Shown here in pieces: positions 10,272 to 38,968 of a stretch of 64,000 nt of DNA; position 1 is the stretch's first letter; each line of letters opens with the position of its first letter. A program made the position numbers and the translations under genes. This DNA comes from Gracilinanus agilis (lineage: Eukaryota), in NCBI RefSeq assembly GCF_016433145.1, contig NC_058131.1, positions 404,004,893 through 404,068,892 of the forward strand, in the 5' to 3' direction. The notes beneath the pieces are model-generated. The model did not search any database, was not told the DNA's origin, and was given only the letters and a program-made list of their open reading frames with translations.

Positions 10272-10700
10272 TGCAAAAGGCAAATCCTTGAAGAAGGAAG
10301 AGTGGAGGAGCTATCCCCTATCTCCTTGAAGTGGCACTAGCATCTCTAAGTTCAAATAACAAACATTGGATTGATTGCCTTTTGAACTTGGCTACCTACC
10401 CTAGCCATCTCTAGATCTCAGCTTTCCCCATCCATGAAATGGGGATAAATTACTTGGTCCTCATAGTGAGAGATGAGCTTAGAGGATCCTCTAGGAAAAA
10501 AGGGTAGAAAAATTGGCTTTCAGGGCCCACCACAATCTGAGAGAGAAGTGGGAGGGATTGAGTCAATTGATAGGGTGTTGGGGGTATGGATACAGAGAGG
10601 TGGCAGGCCCCCATTGGTTTAAGCGGGTTTTTTTGGCCATCTGGCTTCCTCCCCCAACTGTGCCCGCACCCCAGGCAGAGCCCTGTCCCACCATTGAGAG

Positions 10701-13700
10701 ATGATGAAGTTTCTGCCGTTGCTGCTGCTGTTGCTGACTAGCTGGGGGCCCCCAGGGAGCCTTGGAGAGGGAATCCCCCAAGAAAACACCCCCCTCTCAG
10801 CCACATCCCCTCATTTTGATGAAGAAGAGAAATACTCGACCCACATGCCCCAACATCTGCGCTGTGATGCCTGCCAGATAATTTCTTACCAGGTAAGAAT
10901 GTTCCTTCAACCCCCAACTAGAGAGTCCCCTGAGCCCCACACCAAGGACCAAAGTTTGGGGGAGCAGGGCCATGTGGGGCACATGTTCCAGACTGTACTC
11001 TGCAAAATGGAGCTCCAGAAAAATTAAAAATGTCCCCATCATCAGCCCAAGAGGGGGTCAGCCTCAGACATCCTGGTACCTTGCTGCCTTGAGTTAACTG
11101 GGTCAGTTCTTCCCTGTGCCTCAGTTTACTCTTCTGCTGAGCAAGGAATAGATCTATGTGACCTAAATGCAAAAAGGTTTGAAGTCTCAAAGTAAACTAT
11201 AAAGGAGGAGGGTGGCAGAATAGGTCGGGTGGGGTTTCTCGTTTGAGGTTTGGGACAGAAGCAATTCTTAGATTTTTTTTTTTTCTTTTGAGTTTTACAG
11301 GCTGAGGGGGAGGAGGGGAAAGGCCACGTGCTTTTATGTAGGACACGTATCACAAAGAGCTTGTCCCTTCCCCTGGGGCCCTGCCAGCACCTGGCATTTT
11401 CCTCCTCAGGGTCTGGCCCTTTTCCTATAACTGTTCCTCCAGGATTAAAGAATGCCCCATGCAAATTAGCTGGTGTTCCAGAGCAGGGGGCAATCATTAG
11501 AAGCTATTTTGCCCAATTTTATATGATAATAAATCTGACAATCTAGGTGAAATGGACGAATATTTACAAAAAAATACATTAAAATTGCCCAGATGAACAG
11601 AGCCAGGGCCGATGGTCTTGGAGAAAGTAAAAAATGATCTCCCCAGGATTTGGTGTCTGGGCCCTTGGGGAAAATCCCATCGGCCAAAGCTGGGGTTTCT
11701 GCATCTTCAATGGTGGAACCCTTTTTGAGCAACTCCTAGGGAAAAGAGGCTTAATTCACCCGTTCCCTGATGTCCTCTCCTCCATTATCCCTCCGCTTCC
11801 TCTCCGTTTCCTTCTTCCCTTTTTACTGCCAAGACCACTCCAGTACCTAGAACGAGGGAGACCAAGGGGTAGAAGAAGGAAAGAACCCATCCCACACTGG
11901 TGCTTTCTGCAGATACAGAGGGCCCCAACCCAGAGCTATACTTAGCCCCAAACTGTCCCAAGGGGCCAACTGGGGTGTGTGTGTGGGGGAACAAGGGGCC
12001 TCCTCCCAGAAATACTCTCTTCCCCTCTTGCTCTCTGAGCTGCCCTTCCTTCTGCCTCCATTTCCCAGCTTTCACACGTTGGCTTCAGAGATAGTAAGTG
12101 TCTCCCCTGTTTCAGATGTGGAAGCATCTAACCGAAAGGGAGAGCAAGCCGCTGGGCCCCAGGGCCAAGGGGGACTCTCTGAGAGAGTCTGAGTACACTG
12201 ACGTCCTGGAGAAAAGCTGCTCTCAGAGCTGGATGGAGTGAGTTACCCTGGACCCGTCCTATCCCCCTCAGAATCCTCGGCCTGACCACAGCGGGACTGG
12301 GTCGACATGCTGGGATGGGGGAAGGAGTTTCTAATGGATTGTCCGATCTTGTGATGCACACACACACACACACACACACATACACACACACACACACACA
12401 CGCATGGTTTGGAAGGATTCTCACATTGGTTTCAGCTCTCGCTGCCACTAAGCCGCCATATCTTGGCTGCACCCCACCTTTTTGTACCTTTTTAGCTGGG
12501 ATGGGGCAAGTTCTGCCAGTCCAATAATATCCAAACTGCTTTCCCTTCCCCGGGAGTATTACTTGTGTGGTTAACTCAATTCCCAAAGCAGGTGAGGCCA
12601 GACTCGAGCTTTGCCATGATGAAAACAGAAAAAAAAAACAAAAAAAAAAAAACAACAGTCTGGAGGAGGGAGTTAGTTAATCACCCTTTCAGGGCCTATG
12701 GGCGGGGGGGAGGGGGAGGTCCCCTTCTCCTGGCACTCCTCAGCCTGCTCTCTTCTAACCCTACTGTTCTCTCTTTCCTGATGATGGTCTCTGCCCCCAG
12801 TTACGGGGTCCATGAAGTAAACAAGGTGAAACACTTTGTGGGCCCAGGGCTGGACAAGACGGCGGGCATCACTGTGATGATGAGAGGAGGCCTATGGCCG
12901 GGCAGGTAATGATCCCAAATTTGGGCCAGGGAAAGGGGGAATGAGATCTCTTTACTAAACAAAACAATAGCTACTTTTCAAAAGCATTGTGCTAGGTTTT
13001 CAGGGATTGCAGCTTCTCGAAAGGAGAAAAAACACCAACTCACAACTAGTTCTCTAGGCAGTGACAAAACAAAGTACTATGGGACTTCTGAGAGGGAAAG
13101 GTGTCACCCACTGGGGCATTAGGGAGAGCTTCCTGGAGAAGGTGGCATCTGAATTGCGCTTTAAAGGATAGAAAGAATGTATTCAGCAGTCAAAGAGGGC
13201 ATTCTAGACGTGAGAGCACAGGTTATGTTGGGGAATAGAGAACAGACTGGTCTGATTCTGCAGAGGAGAATGAGATGAGAAAAAATAGGTTGGCACCAGA
13301 TTATGGAGGGGCTTGAATACCAGGCAAAGGAATTTGTACTTTACCCTGGAGGTAAGAGAGAGCCATTGAAGATTTTGAGTAGAAGAGCAATGTGAGCAGT
13401 TCCAGAAGGAAAGGAGCTTGGATCTGTGATTTCATCAATATGGGGAACTCTCAGAGGAGGAAACTGTACCAATACAGATGAGCATTTTTCCCTGTAACTT
13501 ATAGTATTAGAGAATTGCCTAGAACACCAGAATGTTAAGTAACTTACCCAGGCGTCCCATAGTCATCGTGTATCCAAAGCACAGCTTGTACTGAGGTCTT
13601 CCTGGAGGCGTCTCACCAATTTTATATGTAAGGAAAATGGTTTTAATAGCCTTATGAAGGGTGGAGAAAGACATGCTAGAAAGCCACTGGAATGGACAAG

Positions 13701-14473
13701 CAGGTGGTAATTTTTTTTTTCTGTTTGTATGAGGGCATCGGCACTGGCTGGAGCTAGAGTATGGAGAGGGGAAAGGCACCAGATTTTGGAGGGTCTTAAA
13801 TAGCAGAGAGCCTAGAAGGGTGCCCAGAGTTGCTCCTCGCACGGTCCTAAGAGGGCAACCTCTTCCTTTGAGGGAGGAAATAGGGGTAGAAGACTTCTGG
13901 GGATAAGAGCAAGGATGGAGGGGATGAGGAATGATTGGAGCACACAAGGGGAGCATTTTCTTTGGAAGCCAAAGTATTTCTCCCTCATAGAAGCAAAGAT
14001 TCTTCAAATTGTCAGAGCTTGAAGGAACTTCACAGAAATCTACAGAGGAGGAAATTGAGTCTGAGGGAGGGACAGGGCTGGTTCCCATATTGCCATTGGA
14101 AAAGCCAGAACTAGACCGCAGATATCCTCCCTCTCAATCTGGTGCCCTCCTCCCTAGGCGACATGGTCCCTCTTGTTTGTACCCCTAAGAATGAAGGCAA
14201 AAGGCCAAGGGGACTTTATTAAGGAACTGGGAGATGGGAAGTTCATGGAGGAAGGGTTATGTGGTGGGCCCTGTCCACCCAGCTCCTCTTCTCCCCCTAT
14301 TTTACAGGCTCTTCAAGATGTGCCACAACTACCTGGGAGAGTTTGGTGAAGATCAGCTGTATGGGGAGTACAGGCAAGGAGGCCGAGAGGCCCTGGAGAG
14401 GCTGTTGTGCAAAGAGATCTGTCCAGAAGAGGAGACACCCAGCCAGGCAGGGTTCCTCCGGAAGGAACTTTAG
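10701..14473 (+). CDS. MZB1: Marginal zone B and B1 cell-specific protein (pERp1), 194 aa; exons 10701-10892, 12116-12237, 12801-12905, 14308-14473
   Basis: All introns are GT-AG with phases 0/2/2, totalling 585 nt. The protein has a signal peptide (MMKFLPLLLLLL), HMPQHLRCDAC, YTDVLEKSC, YGVHEV, CHNYLGEFGEDQLY, six Cys residues and a C-terminal RKEL. The start could be the second ATG at 10704. Confidence 0.95.
12357..12400 (+). repeat. (CA)n microsatellite in MZB1 intron 2
   Basis: Seen directly; one TA interruption. Confidence 0.97.
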
Positions 14474-14901
14474 CCTTTTCTCTCAGCGGAGAAGCCTTTG
14501 TGGACTGAGGATGTTCTAGATAGGCTACTAGTCCAGCTGACCCCTGTGAATATGGGACTTTCTCTCTCTTCAGTTTGCAAAATTCACATGAGCCTCATTT
14601 CTGGGAGCCAGCTCCATCCTCCACTCCTTCCTCAGCCTACAAAAGGAGGGTCAGGGAGCCATCTCTCCTGGGGTCCCTGATGGAGGATCAGGGAAGCCAG
14701 AGGCACTCTCTTAGACTTCTTTTAGAGATCCTGCATCTCCTCCTTGCCTCTCTTCTTCATCCCCTGACTCTTCCTCTATCTCAATCTCCTCTCCCCGTTT
14801 AGAGTCTTCTGGCTCCAGTCCTTGATGGGGGAGGGCAGGTAAAGGAGAATGCTTGGGGGTCTAGGAGCCATCCTGTTCTATTATCTGGCCCACCAGACTT
14901 C

Positions 14902-14907
14902 AATAAA
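14902..14907 (+). terminator. Probable MZB1 polyadenylation signal
   Basis: First AATAAA I found after the stop, about 430 nt downstream. Confidence 0.6.
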
Positions 14908-15072
14908 ATATAATATCCTTGCTCCAGTTTTTTCCATGATCCTTCAGGCATAGTAAAAGGACCCAACAGGACTCAAACTTTTATACATATTTTCCTCAAA
15001 CTTATATATATATTTCCCTATTGATGCTGAGATTTAGAGTATACCTCACCATGCTTTTTAGAAGCAGGCAGA

Positions 15073-15275
15073 GGGGCATCGAGGTGGCTCAGTGGATAGA
15101 GAGCAAGGCCTGAAGATGAGAAGTCCTGGGTTCCAATCTGCCCTCAGACACTTCCTAGCTGTGTGACGCTGGGCAAGTCACTTATCCCCTATTGTCTAGC
15201 CCTTACTGCTCTTCTGCTTTAGAAGTAATACATAGTATTGAATCTAGGATAGAAGATAGGGGTTAAAAAAAAAAA
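15073..15275 (+). mobile_element. SINE1-type element
   Basis: ggggcatcgaggtggctcagtggatagagag ... ggggttaaaaaa, with an imperfect TSD agaagcaggcag/agaagtagtcag. Confidence 0.85.
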
Positions 15276-18200
15276 GAAGTAGTCAGGACATAAGGACAAA
15301 TTCCTTCAAATCTCCAACTAGCCAACTTTCAAAACTTGTGCCAGCCTGACCTTTCCCTACAGAGTCTGCTTCAGATGCCCAGGCTGTGCCAAATGTCACG
15401 TCCTCATCAATTCGGTGTTTCCTTTTAACTCTAAAAGCTCCTTTTGGCTCCTCAGGCAGAAAATTGGAGGTCTCTTGGAAAAGAATTTGAGGATACCAAG
15501 CCTCCATGGCTCTGATTGCCAGGCTAGAGTTCTTTCCCCTGTGCCAAAGAGAGAGAGATCAATCTTATAAAATGGATTATGGTGAAAGGTTGAATTCTGT
15601 CCTGGAGACACTGGAAGTGAGATCAGAATTAAAAGTATAAACAGTTGAGGCAGCTACATGACACTGTGGATAGAGAGCACCAGGCCTGGAGTCAGGAGGC
15701 CTTGGGTTTGAATCTGATCTCAGACATTTCTTAACTGTGTGGTACTGGGTAAGTCACTTAATCCTGGTTGCCCAGCCCTTGCCGATCTTGTGTCTTGGAA
15801 ATGATACTAAGACAGAAGATAAGGGTTTAAAATTGTTTTTTAAAAAAGAACAGTTAAAGGAAAGCTTTCCTGGAGAAGATGGGCCTTGAAAAACAGGTGG
15901 GATTCCAACAGGTGAGAGGACCCTCCAGCAGGGGAGGAGAGAGTCAAGGACCTGTGTGTGGGGCTGAATGAGAGGCAGGGATCTGGGACAGATTTATTCT
16001 GAATCAACCCTGGTAGCTCCATGGTGTTGAAACACTCCCCCATCCATCACCATGATCTGTCAGAGTGTATCAACAAGCTTGGGGACTTTTCCCTTGATTC
16101 TCCCCATTCCAAGCCTCCAAAGCTCAAGGGGACCCAATGCCCCACTGGGGCCAAATCAGTCTTGGGCCAGTTGTCAGCCAGGTTCTTTGGCCATCCTACC
16201 CCTGAACAGTCCAAGAGGAACTCTTAGACAAGGTGGGGAAGTAGAAATAAGAACAGAACTGTGTTCCCTCTACTAGCCAAACACCCTGTGCCCAAGGGTT
16301 CCTCCCTTTGAGGAAAAGGTGCTTAGGACAGGCGTCACCCCGGGTTGTACTTCCTAGGCATGGAGCCTGCTGGCCCCTGGGCCAGTCATTGAGCCTGTGT
16401 TTTTTTCCAGGAACAGGTTAGGTGCTTTATCTGGATGAAATCCTTGAGCCAGCTGGAGGAAGGAAGACAGGTTGGGGGTAGGAGAGGGGAAGAGATGCCT
16501 ACAGAACCTGCCCCATCCATACCTGCGAAGACAAAATTCCCCCGAGCAGCCCGAAGTTCTATGTGCATCTTTTATCAGGGTGATTGCTCCTAACCCAGGG
16601 GACAAGAGAAGGGGAAGGCAAGATGTACTACATACAGGGGGTCTGATGGTCGGGAGCTTGGTGTCCATCGCTGGGGCCATGCAGACACTCATCAGATTGT
16701 GGGATTTAGAGCAGGAGAAAACCTTAGAGATCACTTAGTCCAACCACATTCTTTTACAGTTGAGGAAATTGAGGCCCACTGTGGTTAAATGACTTGCCCA
16801 AGATCACAAGGGTAGGAAATAAAGCCGATATTTGGGTGCAAATCCTCCTGACTCCAAATCCACTAACTCTGAATGGATTTGGTTGGTGTAGATGGAACTT
16901 TTCAAGGCACACGGTCTCTTCTGAGGTGACCTCTCTCTAAGGGCCAGTGGCCAGAGCTGCTAATACCACCACCCTAACTAGGTCCCTCCCAGCTACGGAG
17001 ATGAGTCAATGGGGGCTTTCTTCATGCCTGCTTAAATCCCTCCTGCCTGGCACTCAATGCTCATCACTGCTTACACATATTCTGGGAGCTTCCTTTCCTG
17101 GCTAACACCCCAAAAGAGAATACAACCCCCTCTCTCCTCCTCTTGCCACCACCCATACTAGCCTAATCAAGAGTCATCAATCGAAACACAGAAAAACCAG
17201 AGAAGCCATCTAGGGTCAAGAAGCTGTTAAAAAAAATGACAATGTGGGCATTTGTGTGTCTGTGCCGGTGATCATATGTCCTGTGTGTGTTTATCTGGTC
17301 AATAAGGGGGCAGGACTTTCCTATTTCCACAACCACCTGCCAAGATTGGAGGAGAGTAGAGGCAGGGGGCAGAGTTGGGGGCGGAGGGGGAAGTACAGTG
17401 TGGCATATTCCAGCAGACATACATACATCCATACGCCCTTGGAGAACTGGTCAGACCACTTTGGGGCAGCTGAAGAGATCTGGTGGAGGGAGCCACCTGG
17501 ACAGGGGGATCAGCCAAGAGACGGATAACTCCATGAAGCTGCTGCTTGACTGGGGCGCTGTCTTCCTGGTGACCCCTCTAGGGAGGCCCCGGCTCTGGGG
17601 GCAGCAAAACAGACGTAGGTCATCCCTTTGGACTTTGGGGTTTAAGTCGAACAGGAGAAGGGGAGAGAAGGTTGCAGGGCTGTGCCTTCCCAAACTGGGG
17701 AATCAGCATGGAGGGAACCTTCCCATCGCTGCTCGATACCTGTCCCCCTGCCTGCCTCAGTGGATCAGATTGTCAGGAAGAGAATTGGAGATGTAGATCT
17801 GGGTGACTTCAATATATCTAATCTCTCAGACTAGGAATTCCCCAAATCTTCCCCCTCAAATGGGTCTCATCAATCTCTCTTTCTCAGACTGATTGTAAAA
17901 CAGATTATAGTCAAGCGCTGAATTCTGTCATGGAGCCACTGGAAGTGAGACCAGGATTAAAAAGTATGAATAGTTGGGGCCACTAGGTAGCCCAGTGGAT
18001 AGAGTGCTAAGCCTGGAGTCAGGAGGACCTGGGTTCAAATATGGCCTGTGATACTTTCTAGCTGTGTGAACCCCTCTCCCAGCCCAGGTGCTAATATCTC
18101 CCTAGTCCCAGCCCCTGCCAACTGGTCTGCTCCCTATCCTCTGCCTCTGTCCTCCTCTGTTTTGGCCCCTGGGCTGGATAGGAGACAAGAAAACACCTCT

Positions 18201-19610
18201 GATCTTCTCCCACCACCCCCACCATCCCAGGAGCAGGCATATTTGGAGCTAAAGAAGGGCTGGTCCCTCTTGTTCTGAGTAGGCTCTGGGTTTCCTTTGT
18301 TGGGGAGAAGCTGGGAAGGGAAGAAGGAGGAACTGGGTCCCCCTGACCTTTAAGGACAAGAAGAATAGCCATCACTATCAGGTATTCATCTCTTCTCATC
18401 TTCCAAGCAGTCCTGTGAAGAGGTTAGACTCTCCTTGGCCATTCAATGGCTTAGACAAGACTAGATTGCTTAATTTTTCTCTAGCTCTAAATCCTCTAAC
18501 TTTATGTCGAGCCTCTGCTCATTATAGAGGGTAGTATAGTGGACAGAGTGCTGAAAAATAAGCCAGGATCAACTGGGTTCAAATTCAGCCTCAAACACTT
18601 ACTAGCTGTAGGACTCTGGGCAAGTCACTTCACCTCTCTCTATCTCAGCTTCCTCATCTGCAAAATGGGGATAATAATAGCATTCACCTCCCAGGGTTGT
18701 GATGAGGATCCAATGAGATCATGCCAGTGAGAAGCCCCCCCCCTTTTTTTTTTAATTTTAAATTTAAATTTTATTTTCTAAAAATCTTTTCTCATATTTC
18801 CATGATTCATTTTCCTCCCTTCCCAGAGCCAACAAGCAGTTCCACTAGGTTGTACAAATGTTATCATTTGATACCTGTTTGAGAAGCCCTTTGTGAATCT
18901 TAAAGAGACAGATAAATTCTAGCTCTTCTACCTAGAGGCCAGAGAGTGTTCCCCCTGGAAAAAGTCTTAGAAACTATCTGCTTCAACCCCCTCATTTTAC
19001 TAGTGAGGACACTGAGACCTAGCAAAGGGAAGCGATTGAGCCAAGGTGACTCAGCTAATTAGCCCAGCCAAAGCTTGAGCCAAAAGTGTTCCTTTAAAAA
19101 AAACAAAACCTCTGTTTTTGTATCTCTTCTAAGACAGAAGAACAGCCACAGCTTGGCAATTGGGGTTAAGTGACTTGTCCAGGGTCACACAGCTAAGAAG
19201 TATCTGAAACTAAATTTGAACCCAGGTCCTCCCATCTCCAGGCCTTGGAGCTCTGTCCACTGTGCTACCTAGCTCTCCCCCTGACTCTAATTCCACTAGA
19301 ACCCAGGCCTCCTGACCTGTGATCTCAATGTCTTTCCCCCACGCCACTCTTTTTGGTAAGGGCTGAAAACAGGAGAAACGAAGCCTGTCTCTTCCAAGTA
19401 GCCAGGTTCCCCTGTCTGTGCCTCCCAGGATCCCAGACCCTTATGAGGGCAAGAGACGGTTCTAGGTCCCTTCAGGAGCTGGAAGAGGTTCCGTTTCCCT
19501 CTGGGTCTCCCTCAGGTCTCAGCCTCAGAACATGTTCCACCTACATTTGGCGAATGACCGAGTGACCCCGCAGGTTCCCACCCTGCCCCCTCTTCCTGCC
19601 TAACAGGCAG

Positions 19611-19855
19611 GGAGCTTTGACCCCGGGCAGGTGGGACCAAGGGACATGACCTTTGCCAGGGTACACCCAGCAGGGGAGTTAATACGTTACCTCCCCTAAG
19701 GCTCTGCTTTCGCAATCTCTGCACTTGGGGCTCTGGTTACAGATTTACTCCTGAACAATGTCTCTGATGTTTGGACTAAAGTCCTCCTAGCTCTACAGGT
19801 GCTCCGAGCCGTTTCCTTCCCGTCCTCAGGTGCCTCCCAGCCCTGCATCCAAAGG
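19611..19855 (+). promoter_or_regulatory. SLC23A1 proximal promoter with two HNF1-like and two DR1/HNF4-like sites
   Basis: GTTAATACGTTAC at 19678-19690, GTTACAGATTTAC at 19736-19748, GGAGCTTTGACCC at 19611-19623 and TGACCTTTGCC at 19647-19657. Confidence 0.6.
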
Positions 19856-35562
<15,707 letters not shown>

Positions 35563-36639
35563 AAAAAGTGCCTTCTGGGAAAGGTAGGGATGTATATATA
35601 AACCTTGAGGCTCCACTAGTGACCTCGGGACCCAAACATTCTTATTTGATGGAATACCCAAATCCCATCTGATTGACTGTACTAGCCTGAGGGAGGAAAT
35701 AGGGGATGTGTTATGGAGGATACCTTTCACTGAAAGGTATTGTACAAATCTTCTTCTTTATGTACTTTCAGGTCAGATACAACATGAGAGGGGGAAAAAA
35801 TTGCCTATCATTGAGATTGGCTGTCATCTTTTCATAGGGCTAACTGTATAATTAAAGGTCCTTGCTGCCTTGAGATAATGTGGTCATAGTGGGCAGCAAT
35901 GAGGGCCCATCTTTCAAAAAGCAATGATTTGGAAGCATCCAGGTTGCTCAGTGGTTAGAGAGTCAGGCCTGGAGTCAAGAGAACCTGGGTTCAAATCTTA
36001 GTTGTGTGACCCTGAGCAAATCATTTAAACCCAATTGCCTAGACCACCCCTCTTCTGCCTTGGAACCAATACTTAGTGATTCTAAAAGAGAAGGTAAGAG
36101 TTTAAGAAAAAAATCAATGATTTCAGTTTCTTGTTAACAAATAAATGAAAATGGCATCGAAGTATTTGCTGTGTGCCAAGCACTGTGCTGGGAGCAGCAG
36201 GACCCAAAGACAGTCCGTCCATAAAGGCATACATTCTAATAGGGGAAGACAACATACAGAGAGGAGTGGTGGTCCAGGGTCTGACATTTTGGCCTCAAAG
36301 ATATGGTGAGTGAGATCAGACAAGAGTAAACCCTCTTCCAGAACAATGGCAGCACTCATTAGATCATGGTTCCAGAATTAGAGGAGAGGAAAGGGTAGGA
36401 ATATGAAGGCCACTGAGGCTGCTGAGAAGAATAGATCAAGAAGTGATGTCTGACTGGGGAGACAGGACAATAGTAGTAGTAGAACACTAGGGAATAAGCC
36501 CTTGAGACAAAAGGGTTAAAACCCTTACAGTAAGGAAAAAAGATGTCATTTAATCTGCCTTTTATTTTTACATTAGTCATTTCAACAGGATTCTAGACTG
36601 GATTTTCCTTTTTGCCAGGGAGGAAGGATTCACTATCTC

Positions 36640-37180
36640 TTTTCCAGGCTTCATTACTCAAGGAGTTCAACTTGCTTTTACTGCCTGTTCATTTATATAG
36701 TTGTGGTTATTTTGTATGTTGTTGTCTTGGTTCTACTTAACTTGTTCTTCATACAAATCTTCCCATGGTTCCCTGAATCTGACCTATTTATCATCTCTTA
36801 CTGACAAATAATATTCCCTCACATCCTAATGCCATTATTTTTTCAACCATTCTCCAGCTGAGAACACACTTTTTTTCTACTGCCTTGCTATCACGAAATT
36901 TGCTCCTATGAATATTTTGGTATATATTGGACTTTGTTTCTTCCTTTTACTTCCTTGGAGTGATACCCAGTATGGGCAATTCAGTTATTTTTCTTGCAAT
37001 AACTACAAATTGCTTTTCAAGTGGGGGCTGCCACTTGACAGTTCCAGCAATAACACATTAGTGGGCCCTTCAACATTGGCTGTTGCTAATTTTTGTCATG
37101 TTTGCCAATTTGCATAAAGAGAAAACCTTAGTGCTCTTTAATTAGCACATTTCTTAATGTACATTTTTTAACATTTTAGT
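36640..37180 (-). mobile_element. Older L1 3' fragment, possibly continued at about 41470-41900
   Basis: Highly diverged T-rich L1 ORF2-end/3' UTR-like sequence. Confidence 0.55.
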
Positions 37181-38616
37181 TTATTGTTTATTTTTTAAAT
37201 TCTTTTAAAAATTTTTGAGTTCAAAATGTTCTACCTCTCTCCCACCAACTGAGAAGGCAAGTGGTATTATATCAATTATACACGTGAAATCATTCAAAGC
37301 ATCTCTGTATTGGCCATCTTTCCAAAAAAGCAAGAAAAATCCAGCAAAAAAATTACTCTTCAATTTGCATTCAGAATTTATCAGTTCTTTCTCTGAAGGT
37401 GAATAGCATTTTTTCATCACGAGTCCTTTGGAAGTCTTGGATCACTGAATTATTCAGGATAATCAATTTTTTTGCAGTTGATCATATAACATTACTCTTA
37501 CTATACACAGTGCTCTCCCTGGTTCTTTTAACTTTACATAGGTTCATATAGGTCTTGTTGCTTTTCTGAAACCACTCCCTCATCATTTCCCACCACAGAA
37601 CAATACTCCATCACAATCATATACCATAATTTCTGCATTCATTCTCCAATTGATAAGCGTCCCCTCAATTTCCAATTCTTTACCAACACAAAAAGATTCG
37701 TTATATTTTCATACATATTGGTCCTTTTCCTTTTTCTTTGATGTTTTTGGGATACAAACCTAGTAATGGTATTGCTGGGTCAAAGGGTATACACAGTTTT
37801 ATCACCCTTTGTGTCTAGTTCCAAATTGTTCTCCAGAATAGTTGGACTGGTTCACTGTTCCACTAGCATTTATTAGTGTTAACCGATTTCCCCTTCATCT
37901 CCCCCAGCATTCATCATTTCTGATAGGTGTGAGGTGGTATTTAGAATTGTTTTACCTTTCTTTTGTCAATAGTGATTTAGAGCATTTTTTCATATGACTA
38001 TAAATAGTTTTGATTTCTTCTTCTGGAAACTGCTTGTATCCTTTGATCAAATATTTGTCAACTGGGGAGTGACATTATAAGTTTGATCTTTGCTCAGTAT
38101 ATATTTAAGAAATAAGGGGTTTATCAGAGAAACTTACTGTAAAAAAATTTGATATTACTTCATTATCTATGATATCTTTTAGCATAATGTAGTTTTCCTG
38201 ATTATTTCTTTCAATAGCTCTATTTTGGTTTTTCCTTTGTCAGAAGTTATGATGGCTACCACTGCATTTTTTACATTAACCAAAGCATGCTAGATTTTGC
38301 TCCAGCCTTTTATTTTAATTGTTTGCATGCCTTTCTCCTTCAAGAGTGCCTCATGTAAACAACATACTGTTGGAATCTAGTTCCTAACCTATTCTGCTTA
38401 TCTGCTTTTTTATGAGTAAGCACATCCCATTCCCATTCAGTTTTGATTATAAATTTTCCTCCAACCCATTTTCTTGTTCCTTCCTCTCTTTATCCTTTCC
38501 TCAAAGTTCTATTTAGTTTCTATCCACTGCCTCCTCCTTGATCTGTCCTCTTTTATCTCACATACCCCTTTTCTCTTCTAGTTCCCTATTGAGTAAGTTG
38601 CTTTTTTATATACAAC

Positions 38617-38617
<1 letters not shown>

Positions 38618-38675
<58 letters not shown>
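38618..38675 (+). repeat. (TG)n(TA)n microsatellite inside the L1
   Basis: Seen directly. Confidence 0.95.
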
Positions 38676-38677
<2 letters not shown>

Positions 38678-38968
38678 TCTTTAAATCAATTCTGATGAGG
38701 TTCAAGCATTGTCCACCACTGCCCCCACCCTGCCTCAGTTCCCTCAGCATTGTAAGAGCTCTTCTTTGTGCTCCTCTTTTATGTAAGAAAAAATTTCCTC
38801 ATTCTACCTCTCCCTTTCTCCTTCTCCAGTGCATCCCTCTTTCTCACCCCTTCATTTTTTTGAGATCACTCAACATAAACTCACATCCCTACTGTCTATG
38901 TAAACTCCTATTAACTGCCCTAATGATAAAGTTCTTAGGTGCTACATATGTATCATCTTCCCATATAA

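Noticed and set aside
11913-11945. Cryptic acceptor ttctgcag|ATACAG in MZB1 intron 1
   Set aside because: It leads to a stop after ten codons; the exon at 12116 gives the homologous protein. No support without RNA data.
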